From positions 1,377 through 65,376 of the IMG/VR virus record IMGVR_UViG_3300045257_000280: a DNA stretch of 64,000 nucleotides, one strand, 5' to 3'. The position numbers and the translations under genes are program-made. Position 1 is the stretch's first letter; every line of letters begins with the position of its first letter. Of this stretch, positions 1 to 8,625 are shown one piece after another. The stretch is from a virus. Its lineage: Duplodnaviria > Caudoviricetes. The notes beneath the pieces are model-generated. The model did not search any database. It saw only the letters and a program-made list of their open reading frames with translations, and had not been told where the DNA came from.

Positions 1-51
1 AAACCACCGAAGGCACCGACAGTTGCGGACTTTGCTGCGTGGCTGGAAACA

Positions 52-3000
52 ATGCCAGCCGACAAAGAATACGTCTGGGGGCGACCTTCTGTCTGTGCTC
101 TTACTCTATATTTAGAAGCACGCGGTTTTAAGGCCGCTGGCAGCTATTGGTATATTGCCCAGGAACTCTGCATGGAGCGCGAAGCAATGAAAAAGCCGCG
201 AACATTTGGTGGCCTTCTCAACCGAGTACGCGCGGCGCTCAGTTAATATCAAAAAAGCAGGAGGGCACCGTGGATCGCGAATTTACTGGTGAGGAACTAC
301 ACCGCCTCGTTCTTGACATTGAAGCTGCGATCGGTCGTAACCGCGCCGGTATGACGCCGCTGGGACAGGCTGTTACAGACTTGGCCGAATTAACGCTGTC
401 GCGTGACCGAGCGCAAAAGAAAGCCGACTGACGATGACTATGCCGGCATCGGCGAGCCGCCGTACAACCAACTCCGCACCTATATGGACGGAGTGGCCCC
501 AGAGTAATCTTGGGCTGTTCGGCGGCTCACCCATGCTGGCGGCAAACGCCGAGTTAACCGGGAGCAACAAATGAGCCTCAGCTATTTCGAGCGCGCGATC
601 ATCGCCGAGCTTCATGGCATCATCGGCAAGAGGATTCGCGAGAAAGACCTTTTAGAATGGCAGACACGAAAAATTGCAAAACAGGACGGCGAGCGCGTCA
701 TTCACATTCCGCGGCTCGAAGTGTGGGTTGCTATACCGGACACGATCAAAGTCAAGTCGGCGACATTTACCTGATTACTGTGGAGAACATCATGGCCTGC
801 ACACATGAATTTTGGCAACGCGAATCGTTCGTGGCGACAGATGGCGCTTGCCCGCTATGTGCGGCCGCCCAACACGAAGCCGACGCGCGTAAGATTGCCG
901 AACTCGAAGCCGGCTACGAAATCCAAATGCGCAAGTGCGACGCTGCCCAGGCAAAGAACGAATCCGACCAGAAGGTGATCGCGGCGTTGAGGGAAGCGCT
1001 TTTAGATTTGCTGCCACTCATCGAGAGAGCAAATGCAGGCCATGAAATTTGCTGGGAAGGATGTGGGTATGGAATCCGTCGGCTTCTAGGCATTAATGAG
1101 CAGTCAACCGATGAATGACGCCGAACAGTTACGTGATTTGGCCGCCAAGATTCAGCAGATTACCTCTGCACATCCGGCCTATAGCATGGTGCATGAGCGT
1201 GTCCGAATATGGATCGAGGACTTGTGCATCCGTGCTCGGGTTCTGGAACTGACGTTACAGGTGCCGAGAACGGACGACAGATAAGCGATAAACAGGAACA
1301 ATCGATGAAAAACTGGCTTGGATTGCAGTGGTACAATCTGACGGTACCCTATAAGAATTGGCGCATCCGCCGCATGTGGCGGGCTGATCCGAACCGCCCC
1401 AGTCATTGCCCGCAGATTGCACCGATGAGTTGGGCCACATTACAGCGAATGGCAAAGAAGGCCGAAGAACTTGGGCTACATAGTCGATAAAGGAGAAGCC
1501 ACATGCACCCATTAGCTTTGACAGGGCATCCCAATGGAGCCAACGGGATGAAAGCCGGCGACCGCATTCTTTACACGATTGACGGTCGAACGGGTATTGC
1601 CGATGAATTTCTCCCCGATGGCGATGCTTTCGTGACATGGGACGATGGCAGTTACGAGACTGTCCACTGGAACCATCTGCTTCCTGCAAATGGCCAATCA
1701 GCAGGGGAATAAAATGTCCAGAGCCGTAATGAATAAGCGAACAACAGGGAACTGTCATGAGAACTTTCCAGATCGAATGTGGACGGCACAAAGATGTCGT
1801 GCAGGCTAAGAATCCTTCATCTGCTTGGCACAAGGTTGTTGGTAAAGCCGCTGACGGCTTTGGTAAGTTAGCGCGCTTCCGGGAGTGTCTGCCAGCTACG
1901 GCCGGCCGTAAATATCGTGCTGGATGGCAGCCCTGGAACTACATCACGCCACGCGCCCTCGATTTCGGCGAGACCAGCCCCTACGCATAGCTTTGTTGTT
2001 GGCCAATCAGCAGGGGAATAAAATGTCCAGAGCCGTAATGAATAAGCTATTCATGATCCTTTGCGGCTCCTTGGTTTTTGCTGCACTCATTGGCGCGCTG
2101 TTTCATGATCCAAAGGACATCGAGCATGCCTATAGGATGTTTGCGCTGCTGGGCTGTGCCGGTCTATTTGCTATAGCCGCTGCAATCGCGCAGTAACAAG
2201 AGAACTGTCGGGATAAGCCATGCTGAATCAAATCGCAAAAATAATCCAAGATGAAGTCACTAGCGGCGAAAGCTCTTGGGACACAATAGCGTTGCGTGTT
2301 CTTAACGCTTTGCGCCAACCATCAAAGGCAATGGTGGACGCAGTGTCGTTTCATAGTGGCAAATATTCTGCCGAACCTACGACAGACGGCCAATGGTTGA
2401 TCGTTGACCTTCATCGCAGTTCGCCCGGAAAGAAACTCGCTGATCCTGATGAGGCCCACGATTTGGCCGCCGATCTTGGCTCGCTTGATGCTATCAACGC
2501 CATGATCGATGAAGCAATTCGCAGCGACTAAACAAGAGTTAGCAGGAATGACCACAACTGATCTTCGCATCATCGTGAAAGGATTGTTCCATGATGGGCT
2601 CGACACGGAACGACTCACTGAGACCGGCCGCCGGGAACTCCGCGCTGCGTTCGACAAAGTTCTTGAACTCTACGACTCTATTTTGGCATCCGACCGGGCC
2701 ACGTCTCGAATATCAAGACGGGATTCTACACGTTGAAGATTTGAATCCTCAGATCAAAACGCAATGGCGCATGTCCCGTGCTGAAATGATAGGACTCGGC
2801 TGGCGCTGCATCATCGCCGCACTAAAGACAAGTTAACCGAAGGACTAAAACAATGAGCGATTTTGTTCCTTGGCTTCGAGGTCTCGCCGACAAAGGTGGC
2901 AAGGGAGTGGTCAATAACATCGATGCTCGGTGCCTTGGGCGCGTTGCCGATGAAATCGAGCGGCTTCGAGCGGAGAGAACGGTTACCCTGAGCGAGACGT

Positions 3001-3514
3001 GGGCAAAACAAGCGGCTGAAATCGAACGCCTTCGTCCATTCGAGAAGTTCTACAACGACGCGGTGGCGGCAGAAACCAGCCGCCGTGAGAACGTCGCCGG
3101 CTGGCGGCGATAACCCAAAGGGGCTTGAAATGAACATCGACGAAGCCGCAAGCGCGGTACAACGTGAGTTGCAGCGATTGCGCGAATTGGCATCCACGCT
3201 CAACGCCCAGGTGGAAACTTACCGCATTTCTTACGAGATTGTTGCCCAGGAAGCCGAGCGGCTGCGGGTCGAGAGTGAGCGCGATCATCGGCTGATCGAC
3301 AAGGCCGAACGAGAGCGCGATCTAGCCGAAGCCACGCTGACCGCCGTGGGCAAGCATCTGGTTGAGTATCGTCGGGCAACGAGGGGAGAGCCCAATGAAG
3401 TTTCTACTCAACCACGGCCCGCTGCTGGTAGCCCTTATGCCCCTCGGCCTCGGGTGCATGCTGTGGCTGGCCCTCCCGTGGCTATTGCGAAGGATTGAGA
3501 GGCCAAACGAGTGA
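52..3514 (+). other. Array of ~14 short, tightly packed early/accessory phage ORFs (e.g. 270-431, 571-774, 792-1118, 1111-1284, 1305-1490, 1548-1712, 1757-1990, 2023-2196, 2220-2531, 2853-3113, 3130-3498, 3395-3514)
   Basis: Consecutive co-oriented 40-140 aa ORFs, most preceded by GGAG/AGGA-type RBS. No family recognised. Confidence 0.7.
1691..2047 (+). repeat. 48-bp direct repeat (1691-1738 and 2000-2047) flanking ORF 1757-1990
   Basis: TGGCCAATCAGCAGGGGAATAAAATGTCCAGAGCCGTAATGAATAAGC is present twice. Confidence 0.95.
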
Positions 3515-3652
3515 ACTGACATACGTCAGCACACACGTCAGCAGCACGCCGCCGAGGATGACGAGCAGCAGCCGCCACCGGATGTACTTGTACATATGCG
3601 GCATCGGTTCCTCGTCGGGCAGTTTGGCTCTAATCCCAAACTGACGGCCCAT
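3482..3652 (-). CDS. Small single-TM membrane protein (56 aa)
   Basis: Manual translation MGRQFGIRAKLPDEEPMPHMYKYIRWRLLLVILGGVLLTCVLTYVSSLVWPLNPSQ; lies at the end of the lysis operon. Confidence 0.5.
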   Translation of the reverse strand: MGRQFGIRAKLPDEEPMPHMYKYIRWRLLLVILGGVLLTCVLTYVSSLVWPLNPSQ

Positions 3653-3726
3653 GTCAGCGCCGCTCGGGCGCGATGATGCTCGGCGTTTCCATCCTGTCAG
3701 GCGGAATAGGCGCTATTCGGCTTTCG

Positions 3727-3945
3727 TTACCCAAGCCTTGGAAAGTGCATGGAGCCGCCACCCCCCGCGAGCAGCGTCAACGCGCCAATCAGACACAGGA
3801 TGAGAGCGATAGCCCATATTGCCCGCTCGACCGGCTGGGGCAGCGCCATGAACAGCTTGACCACGTACAGCGCAATCCAGACGACGCCGAGCAGGATGAT
3901 GACGCCGATAAGCAACCACAGGATGGAGATTGCAAGTCCTATCAC
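3727..3945 (-). CDS. Small two-TM membrane protein (holin-like/accessory lysis)
   Basis: 72 aa, almost entirely hydrophobic, two TM stretches; GGAGAGG RBS upstream. Confidence 0.7.
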   Translation of the reverse strand: MIGLAISILWLLIGVIILLGVVWIALYVVKLFMALPQPVERAIWAIALILCLIGALTLLAGGGGSMHFPRLG

Positions 3946-4054
3946 GGTTTCCTCTCCTTCGGTTTCAAGTCATCTACTCTAACCATTACCGGCCCACATT
4001 CGTTGCAACTATGCTTATCCAGTTTAGACACACAGCCCTACATCTTGTGTTTGG

Positions 4055-4255
4055 TTACGCCGGGAACGCGGCGATGCGCTGCGACAGGATGCTCGAATAT
4101 TCGGCCATCGCATCGAACTGCCTGCCCAAGCGCCTGCGCTCATCGTCCGGGAGGGTCTTAAAAGTCGGGTTTGTTTCGATGAAAGCTTTCAGTTTGTTGA
4201 TCTTTTCGTCCAAATCCTTCTTTTCGTCCACGACTCGTTGCTGGTGCGGCTGCAT
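4055..4255 (-). CDS. Conserved small phage coiled-coil protein (resembles crAss001_48-related family)
   Basis: MQPHQQRVVDEKKDLDEKINKLKAFI...QFDAMAEYSSILSQRI, a widespread phage motif recognised from memory; GGAG RBS before ATG at 4255. Confidence 0.65.
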   Translation of the reverse strand: MQPHQQRVVDEKKDLDEKINKLKAFIETNPTFKTLPDDERRRLGRQFDAMAEYSSILSQRIAAFPA

Positions 4256-4577
4256 TGTGGTGTCTCTCCATGGTGGGCTTCCAAGATGCCGGTGCATTCG
4301 CCCACAAATCGGGCACTGGCACGTTTCGTCCGGGAGCGCGCCCGTGATCTTAAGGTGATGATCGACGGCGCGGCCGGGAAAATCCTTTATCTGCGTTGGC
4401 TTCAACATCTAGTAGGTCTCAGCGTTTGTGTGTGGCAACCGGATAAGCATGGTTGCAGTCGTAATAGTGCGCCGCCTCGTCCTTTGTCGGGTGTGGCTCG
4501 ATCCGTGATAGTTTGATCGCCGCCCCGCAGTTCGGGCGCTTTCCATTCGCGGGCAAGTGGATGGACGGCATTGGTCA

Positions 4578-5087
4578 TCATATACCGCGATGCAATAGTG
4601 CCGATGTAATCAGCGCCGCGATACCGATTGCCCCGACAATGTAGGCGCCGACTGTCGCCCAATCCTTGCGGCCCAGGTCCGCAATGCGCGCTTTTAGATC
4701 GTCGATCTTCTCGTCCAGGCTGTCGATCTGCTTGGTGAATGCGGCGCCGGCCTTGTCGATGGCAAGCGTGTTGGATTCGTTCTGCGACTTCACCGCAGCT
4801 TCGGCCGCCTTGAACGCGGCGGCGAGGGCGATGTCGCGCATGGTGAATTCGGTTTTGACACCGACGAACTTTTCTTCCAACAACTCGCGAAGGTGTTTGA
4901 GCTTGTCATCCGTCAGTTCTGGGATTTCCTCGACGATGGCCCGCATGCGTTCTTCGTCTTTGATAAGTCCTTCAATCTGGACTTCGAAGAATTCCTTGAT
5001 CTCCTTCTTCGCAAGCGCGACCGCATCCGTAGTGAGCTTGGTCGGATCAGGAACCGGAACGGAGCCGCGTTTCTCAAGTTCGCTCAT
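4578..5087 (-). CDS. Coiled-coil protein with C-terminal TM helix (lysis-cassette membrane protein)
   Basis: Heptad-rich body, C-terminal WATVGAYIVGAIGIAALITSALL. Confidence 0.7.
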   Translation of the reverse strand: MSELEKRGSVPVPDPTKLTTDAVALAKKEIKEFFEVQIEGLIKDEERMRAIVEEIPELTDDKLKHLRELLEEKFVGVKTEFTMRDIALAAAFKAAEAAVKSQNESNTLAIDKAGAAFTKQIDSLDEKIDDLKARIADLGRKDWATVGAYIVGAIGIAALITSALLHRGI

Positions 5088-5416
5088 CGATGCCCGTCTC
5101 GTGCCCCGTCAGAATTGCCGCCTGCTCCGCCGCCGACGCCTGTGCGGGGAAGCGAATTGAGAGATTCGAGTTGCGCACTGATCTTGGCGAGAGAGGCAAT
5201 CATCTGCTTGACCTGCTCGTCCTGCGCGGCATTGTGCTTTTGAATCTCGATCACGTCGGAAGCTGCTTTATCGTACATTGGAAACTTCGCATTGGTGTAC
5301 GCATAGAAGCCGCCAGTCATAAAAATAACCGTGATAACTGGGATCAAAAGGACGTTCACCGCTGTTCCCGCGTTCCAGACGGAAGCTATAGCAGACTTTT
5401 TATTTTTCGTACCCAT
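5084..5416 (-). CDS. N-terminal TM plus coiled-coil protein (i-spanin-like topology)
   Basis: Start MGTKNKK at 5416; TM AVNVLLIPVITVIFMTGGFYAY followed by an amphipathic helix. Confidence 0.6.
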   Translation of the reverse strand: MGTKNKKSAIASVWNAGTAVNVLLIPVITVIFMTGGFYAYTNAKFPMYDKAASDVIEIQKHNAAQDEQVKQMIASLAKISAQLESLNSLPRTGVGGGAGGNSDGARDGHR

Positions 5417-5418
5417 AC

Positions 5419-6099
5419 TTAAGTCCCGGTACTTAAGTTTTGCAGCGCATACCCCGCCGCAATGGACGCCCGCGCGGCCCCGAGCGAGTGGCCGGTGAAC
5501 ACGACCTCGTCGGCGCCAGCGACCAGCGGCTTGATGTCGATCCACGCGTATTCCATGCCGATCAGGAAGCCGCCCCACATCGGCCCGAACGTGGCGTGGG
5601 GTACGGATGGCGCGAAGCCGACCAAATCGCGCAGCCAATCGAGCAGGCTTTTCGATCCCTGGAAAACCACATAGGCCGTATTACCGTGAACCTTGATGCC
5701 CCACTCGACACCGGCCGTGCTCTGCCGATGATCCCAATCGATAGGTGTGTCGTCGGGATAGGCATAGATGCCACGGCACAATCGCGCGCAGTCGATGTGC
5801 AGGTAATTGTCCGCCACTGCGCGAATGCCGGCGTCGTACAAAACCATATGGTGGAAGCGAAATACTCCGAGCGGGTCATTGTCGGCGGGCTGGGCGCTGA
5901 CAAATGACAATTCCGTGGGATGGATAAAATTCAATTTCAGTGCGGGGATCGCGAACGGCAAATCCGTCACGCGGTCATGCTGCAACGGGCCGGTGCGGTT
6001 GCAGTAGCTCACGCTCTCGTCGAGCTTGGAAAGTAGCCCGGCGAACGTGGATTCGCCGGGCTTCGGTTCGCCGAATACTATGCGGCGGATGAGGGGCAT
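5419..6099 (-). CDS. Class-3 lipase / alpha-beta hydrolase, circularly permuted
   Basis: VVFQGS..DWLRDL and TGHSLGAARA nucleophile elbow near the C-terminus; FGEPKPG, DRVTDLP and FIHP/FHHM motifs at the N-terminus. Confidence 0.8.
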   Translation of the reverse strand: MPLIRRIVFGEPKPGESTFAGLLSKLDESVSYCNRTGPLQHDRVTDLPFAIPALKLNFIHPTELSFVSAQPADNDPLGVFRFHHMVLYDAGIRAVADNYLHIDCARLCRGIYAYPDDTPIDWDHRQSTAGVEWGIKVHGNTAYVVFQGSKSLLDWLRDLVGFAPSVPHATFGPMWGGFLIGMEYAWIDIKPLVAGADEVVFTGHSLGAARASIAAGYALQNLSTGT

Positions 6100-6100
6100 A

Positions 6101-6328
6101 TCACTTAAACTGAGCGCCAGCTTTGTTGGCAATATCGTGGAGCGTCATCGATATTCTGCCATCCAAAGTTTGCTCCATGCAATAGATGCAACGACCCTCT
6201 CTCCTAGTTCCGCGCCTGCCGCAGTTGCAACTGGTGGGAGCGCGGCCTTTCAGCATTTCGGGTGATCCGGTCGTCACCGGAACTCCCTTTACCGCTTTCG
6301 CGTCGTGCGGCCCCATGTTACAGCCCAA
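6101..6328 (-). CDS. Small Cys-containing hypothetical protein
   Basis: 75 aa with CNC and CIYC; fills the gap between the barrel and lipase genes. Confidence 0.45.
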   Translation of the reverse strand: MGCNMGPHDAKAVKGVPVTTGSPEMLKGRAPTSCNCGRRGTRREGRCIYCMEQTLDGRISMTLHDIANKAGAQFK

Positions 6329-7124
6329 AATCGTAGTTCAACCCGAGCCCGTACTGCGTGCCCATGTTGGCCCCGGCATTGACCGTCAGCGGTGCGCCGT
6401 TCGTGGCGAACACGTTGCCGAACGTCATGCCCTTGACCGGGAAGGCAACCCACGCATAGGCGTCAAGCGCTCCGCCGTTGCACTTGCCCGTCGCGTCAAG
6501 CGTGCACCAGATGAAGCCCGACTTGACCATCGGGGCGAGCCCGACAGTTTGCCCGGTAGCCGCACCGAAGCGGCCATCGATGCCAAACTCGCGCAAGCCG
6601 CCGCCGACATACTGATGCGGCACGCCGACCGACACGTTGCTTGGCAGGACCGGGGTGAAGCTCGGGAACAGCGACGCGGTGCCGAGATTGGGCAGCACGG
6701 CGAAGATGCGCTGGATCAGCTCGAACCCAACGTCGAATTCCTGCGTGGCGTGCCAGCGCTGGGCAACGAAGGCGCTGGACCCGCTGGCGCCGGGCGTGGC
6801 GGCAGCAACATTGGTGCCCTTGATGTTCGACCAGCCGCCCTCAATCTGCACTCTCCACCATCGTTGCGGATTGGCGGACAAGTAGCCGCAGGCGCCGTCG
6901 ATAGAGCCGCCAGTTGCCGTCAAACCGCCGCTTACGAGCGACGTGGCAAACAGATTAGTGCCCGAGACATTGGACTGCGCGACATCGGCCTCAGTGCCGA
7001 CGCCGCAGTACCAGGGCGAGGATGCCGGTGCGGTGAACGGTGGCGCCTTGACCGGCATATCCGCCGCCAAAGCCGGGACCGCCAGCGCAGTCAGCGCGGC
7101 GGCAAGGATGAGAGAGATTCGCAT
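6318..7124 (-). CDS. Outer-membrane beta-barrel protein (Omp25/RopB-like)
   Basis: Sec signal ..ALA|ADMPVKAPP typical of rhizobial OMPs; alternating beta-strand pattern; C-terminal YGLGLNYDF; strong AAGGAG RBS. Confidence 0.8.
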   Translation of the reverse strand: MRISLILAAALTALAVPALAADMPVKAPPFTAPASSPWYCGVGTEADVAQSNVSGTNLFATSLVSGGLTATGGSIDGACGYLSANPQRWWRVQIEGGWSNIKGTNVAAATPGASGSSAFVAQRWHATQEFDVGFELIQRIFAVLPNLGTASLFPSFTPVLPSNVSVGVPHQYVGGGLREFGIDGRFGAATGQTVGLAPMVKSGFIWCTLDATGKCNGGALDAYAWVAFPVKGMTFGNVFATNGAPLTVNAGANMGTQYGLGLNYDFGL

Positions 7125-7205
7125 GGTGTAGCTCCTTTTGGGTGACTTTACAGAACCACACTACACCTAACTACCAGCCTCGCCTGTTACCCAAAAACCA
7201 CACCG

Positions 7206-7529
7206 TCAGGATTTCGTTGCCTGCACGGGAGCTGGGGTCGCAAGCGCTGCCCCAACGGGAACCGCCTGAGCGACATTGACGGCCGCAACCGTCGTGCTGC
7301 GGTTCGTGACGCGCTTGAGCGCCGCCGCGACCTGCTGCTGCCCGGTCTTTTGCCACCATGACCAGCCGGCGCCGACCGCCCAAACCGCGATGCCGCTGCC
7401 GATGGTGACGAAGCTGCTCTCGTCGGCGCCGGGATGAATTGCGCCGACAGTTACGAGCGAGCCAGCGATGCCCGTCAGCACATGACGCGCGGTGAGACCG
7501 GCGACGAGTTCGAGTGTTGAATCTGCCAT
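7206..7529 (-). CDS. Holin
   Basis: 107 aa, ARHVLTGIAGSLV and GIAVWAVGAGWSWWQK TM segments; directly downstream of the endolysins. Confidence 0.75.
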   Translation of the reverse strand: MADSTLELVAGLTARHVLTGIAGSLVTVGAIHPGADESSFVTIGSGIAVWAVGAGWSWWQKTGQQQVAAALKRVTNRSTTVAAVNVAQAVPVGAALATPAPVQATKS

Positions 7530-7538
7530 GTTAGGCTC

Positions 7539-8024
7539 CTACGGATGAATTCTGGCTGCTTGGACGTGCATAGCATCAATCGATCCAGCCGACCAGTCGC
7601 CGCCCCAAATCCACCCCTCGTCCTTGAAGGCTTTGATGAGTGGGCTGTCGTCGGTGAACAAATGGTGCTGCGAATGCTGAGAGTTGTCGGAAGCATCCCA
7701 GTCTATTGCGGCGGCGAAGGCGTGCATCGACATGATGTGACCACCTCGGATCGGCCGGAAATTATAACTGCCGTCGTATTGATCGTACCGCAGTTGCTTG
7801 ATTTTGTCCGCGTCGTGGCCAACGCCATCCCACACGACGTTGAGAACGCGGGTCAGGCTATCGGCGCATTTCTTGTTGATAAGAATGCTACCGATGTGTT
7901 CCGTTCCCATAAATAGAGGCCACGGACAAACAACCCGTGTGGTATTTGACTCCATCCATCCAGGTTGAGACGGGTCGCCATAGAATTCGACGCAGGCGTT
8001 TTGCAGCGGCCATGTGTTCATCAT
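7539..8024 (-). CDS. M15-family peptidoglycan endopeptidase (endolysin)
   Basis: GSYNFRPIRG, SMHAFAAAIDWD, WGGDW..DAMHVQ zinc-ligand motifs. Confidence 0.9.
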   Translation of the reverse strand: MMNTWPLQNACVEFYGDPSQPGWMESNTTRVVCPWPLFMGTEHIGSILINKKCADSLTRVLNVVWDGVGHDADKIKQLRYDQYDGSYNFRPIRGGHIMSMHAFAAAIDWDASDNSQHSQHHLFTDDSPLIKAFKDEGWIWGGDWSAGSIDAMHVQAARIHP

Positions 8025-8575
8025 TTGCTCACCATAGCGATACATTGTGCATCAACACGTTCGCGCCTGGCACTCCAACCGCGGCCGTATTTGGCCCATC
8101 CCGGCTGCGTGCGTTTTTTAGCGATCCACTGTTCTCCGATAGCGACGATCATTTCCTTCGGATCTTTCGCTACGATAGCCGCCAGAAGCTGGTCATCAAA
8201 CTTGCCGGTGTGGGGCATTCTGTCGACACATAGTTCAAGGAGGTTGACACCGCCGTTTGGGCCTAGATTAGTGAACACGTCGGCACATCGCACATCCACA
8301 CCGGACGGCAGTTCGTCAAATCTCATCTTCGGCAACACCCATTGCGAGTAAAATTCGACGGCCTGATCCTGGGTCAGATTGACGATGTCCTGCACGGTCG
8401 CAAGCGGGCGGCCTCTGGACTTGTTGAAATCCGTTAGCGCATCAACTGATACGCCAAACCGCGAAGCGCCGCCGGGCTCGCCATGGCCGGGCGGCGTGCC
8501 GGGAGGATTCTGATTTAATTCCGGCCCTTCTGATTCAAGGATGCCATTGATAGCGATGATTTCATTGGCCTGCAT
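8021..8575 (-). CDS. Glycoside hydrolase family 108 lysozyme with PG-binding C-terminus
   Basis: ILESEG...EPGGASRFGV, LTQDQAVEFY..W, LPSGVD, NLGP, KYGRGWSAR. Confidence 0.85.
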   Translation of the reverse strand: MQANEIIAINGILESEGPELNQNPPGTPPGHGEPGGASRFGVSVDALTDFNKSRGRPLATVQDIVNLTQDQAVEFYSQWVLPKMRFDELPSGVDVRCADVFTNLGPNGGVNLLELCVDRMPHTGKFDDQLLAAIVAKDPKEMIVAIGEQWIAKKRTQPGWAKYGRGWSARRERVDAQCIAMVSK

Positions 8576-8625
8576 GCGCTATCTCCATCGCTGCGCGTTC
8601 GCGGCCTTGAGTGCGGGGATGTTGG

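Noticed and set aside
230-3130. True integron (attC/intI)
   Set aside because: GTTAAC-like cores are present, but I found no attC palindromes and no tyrosine integrase.
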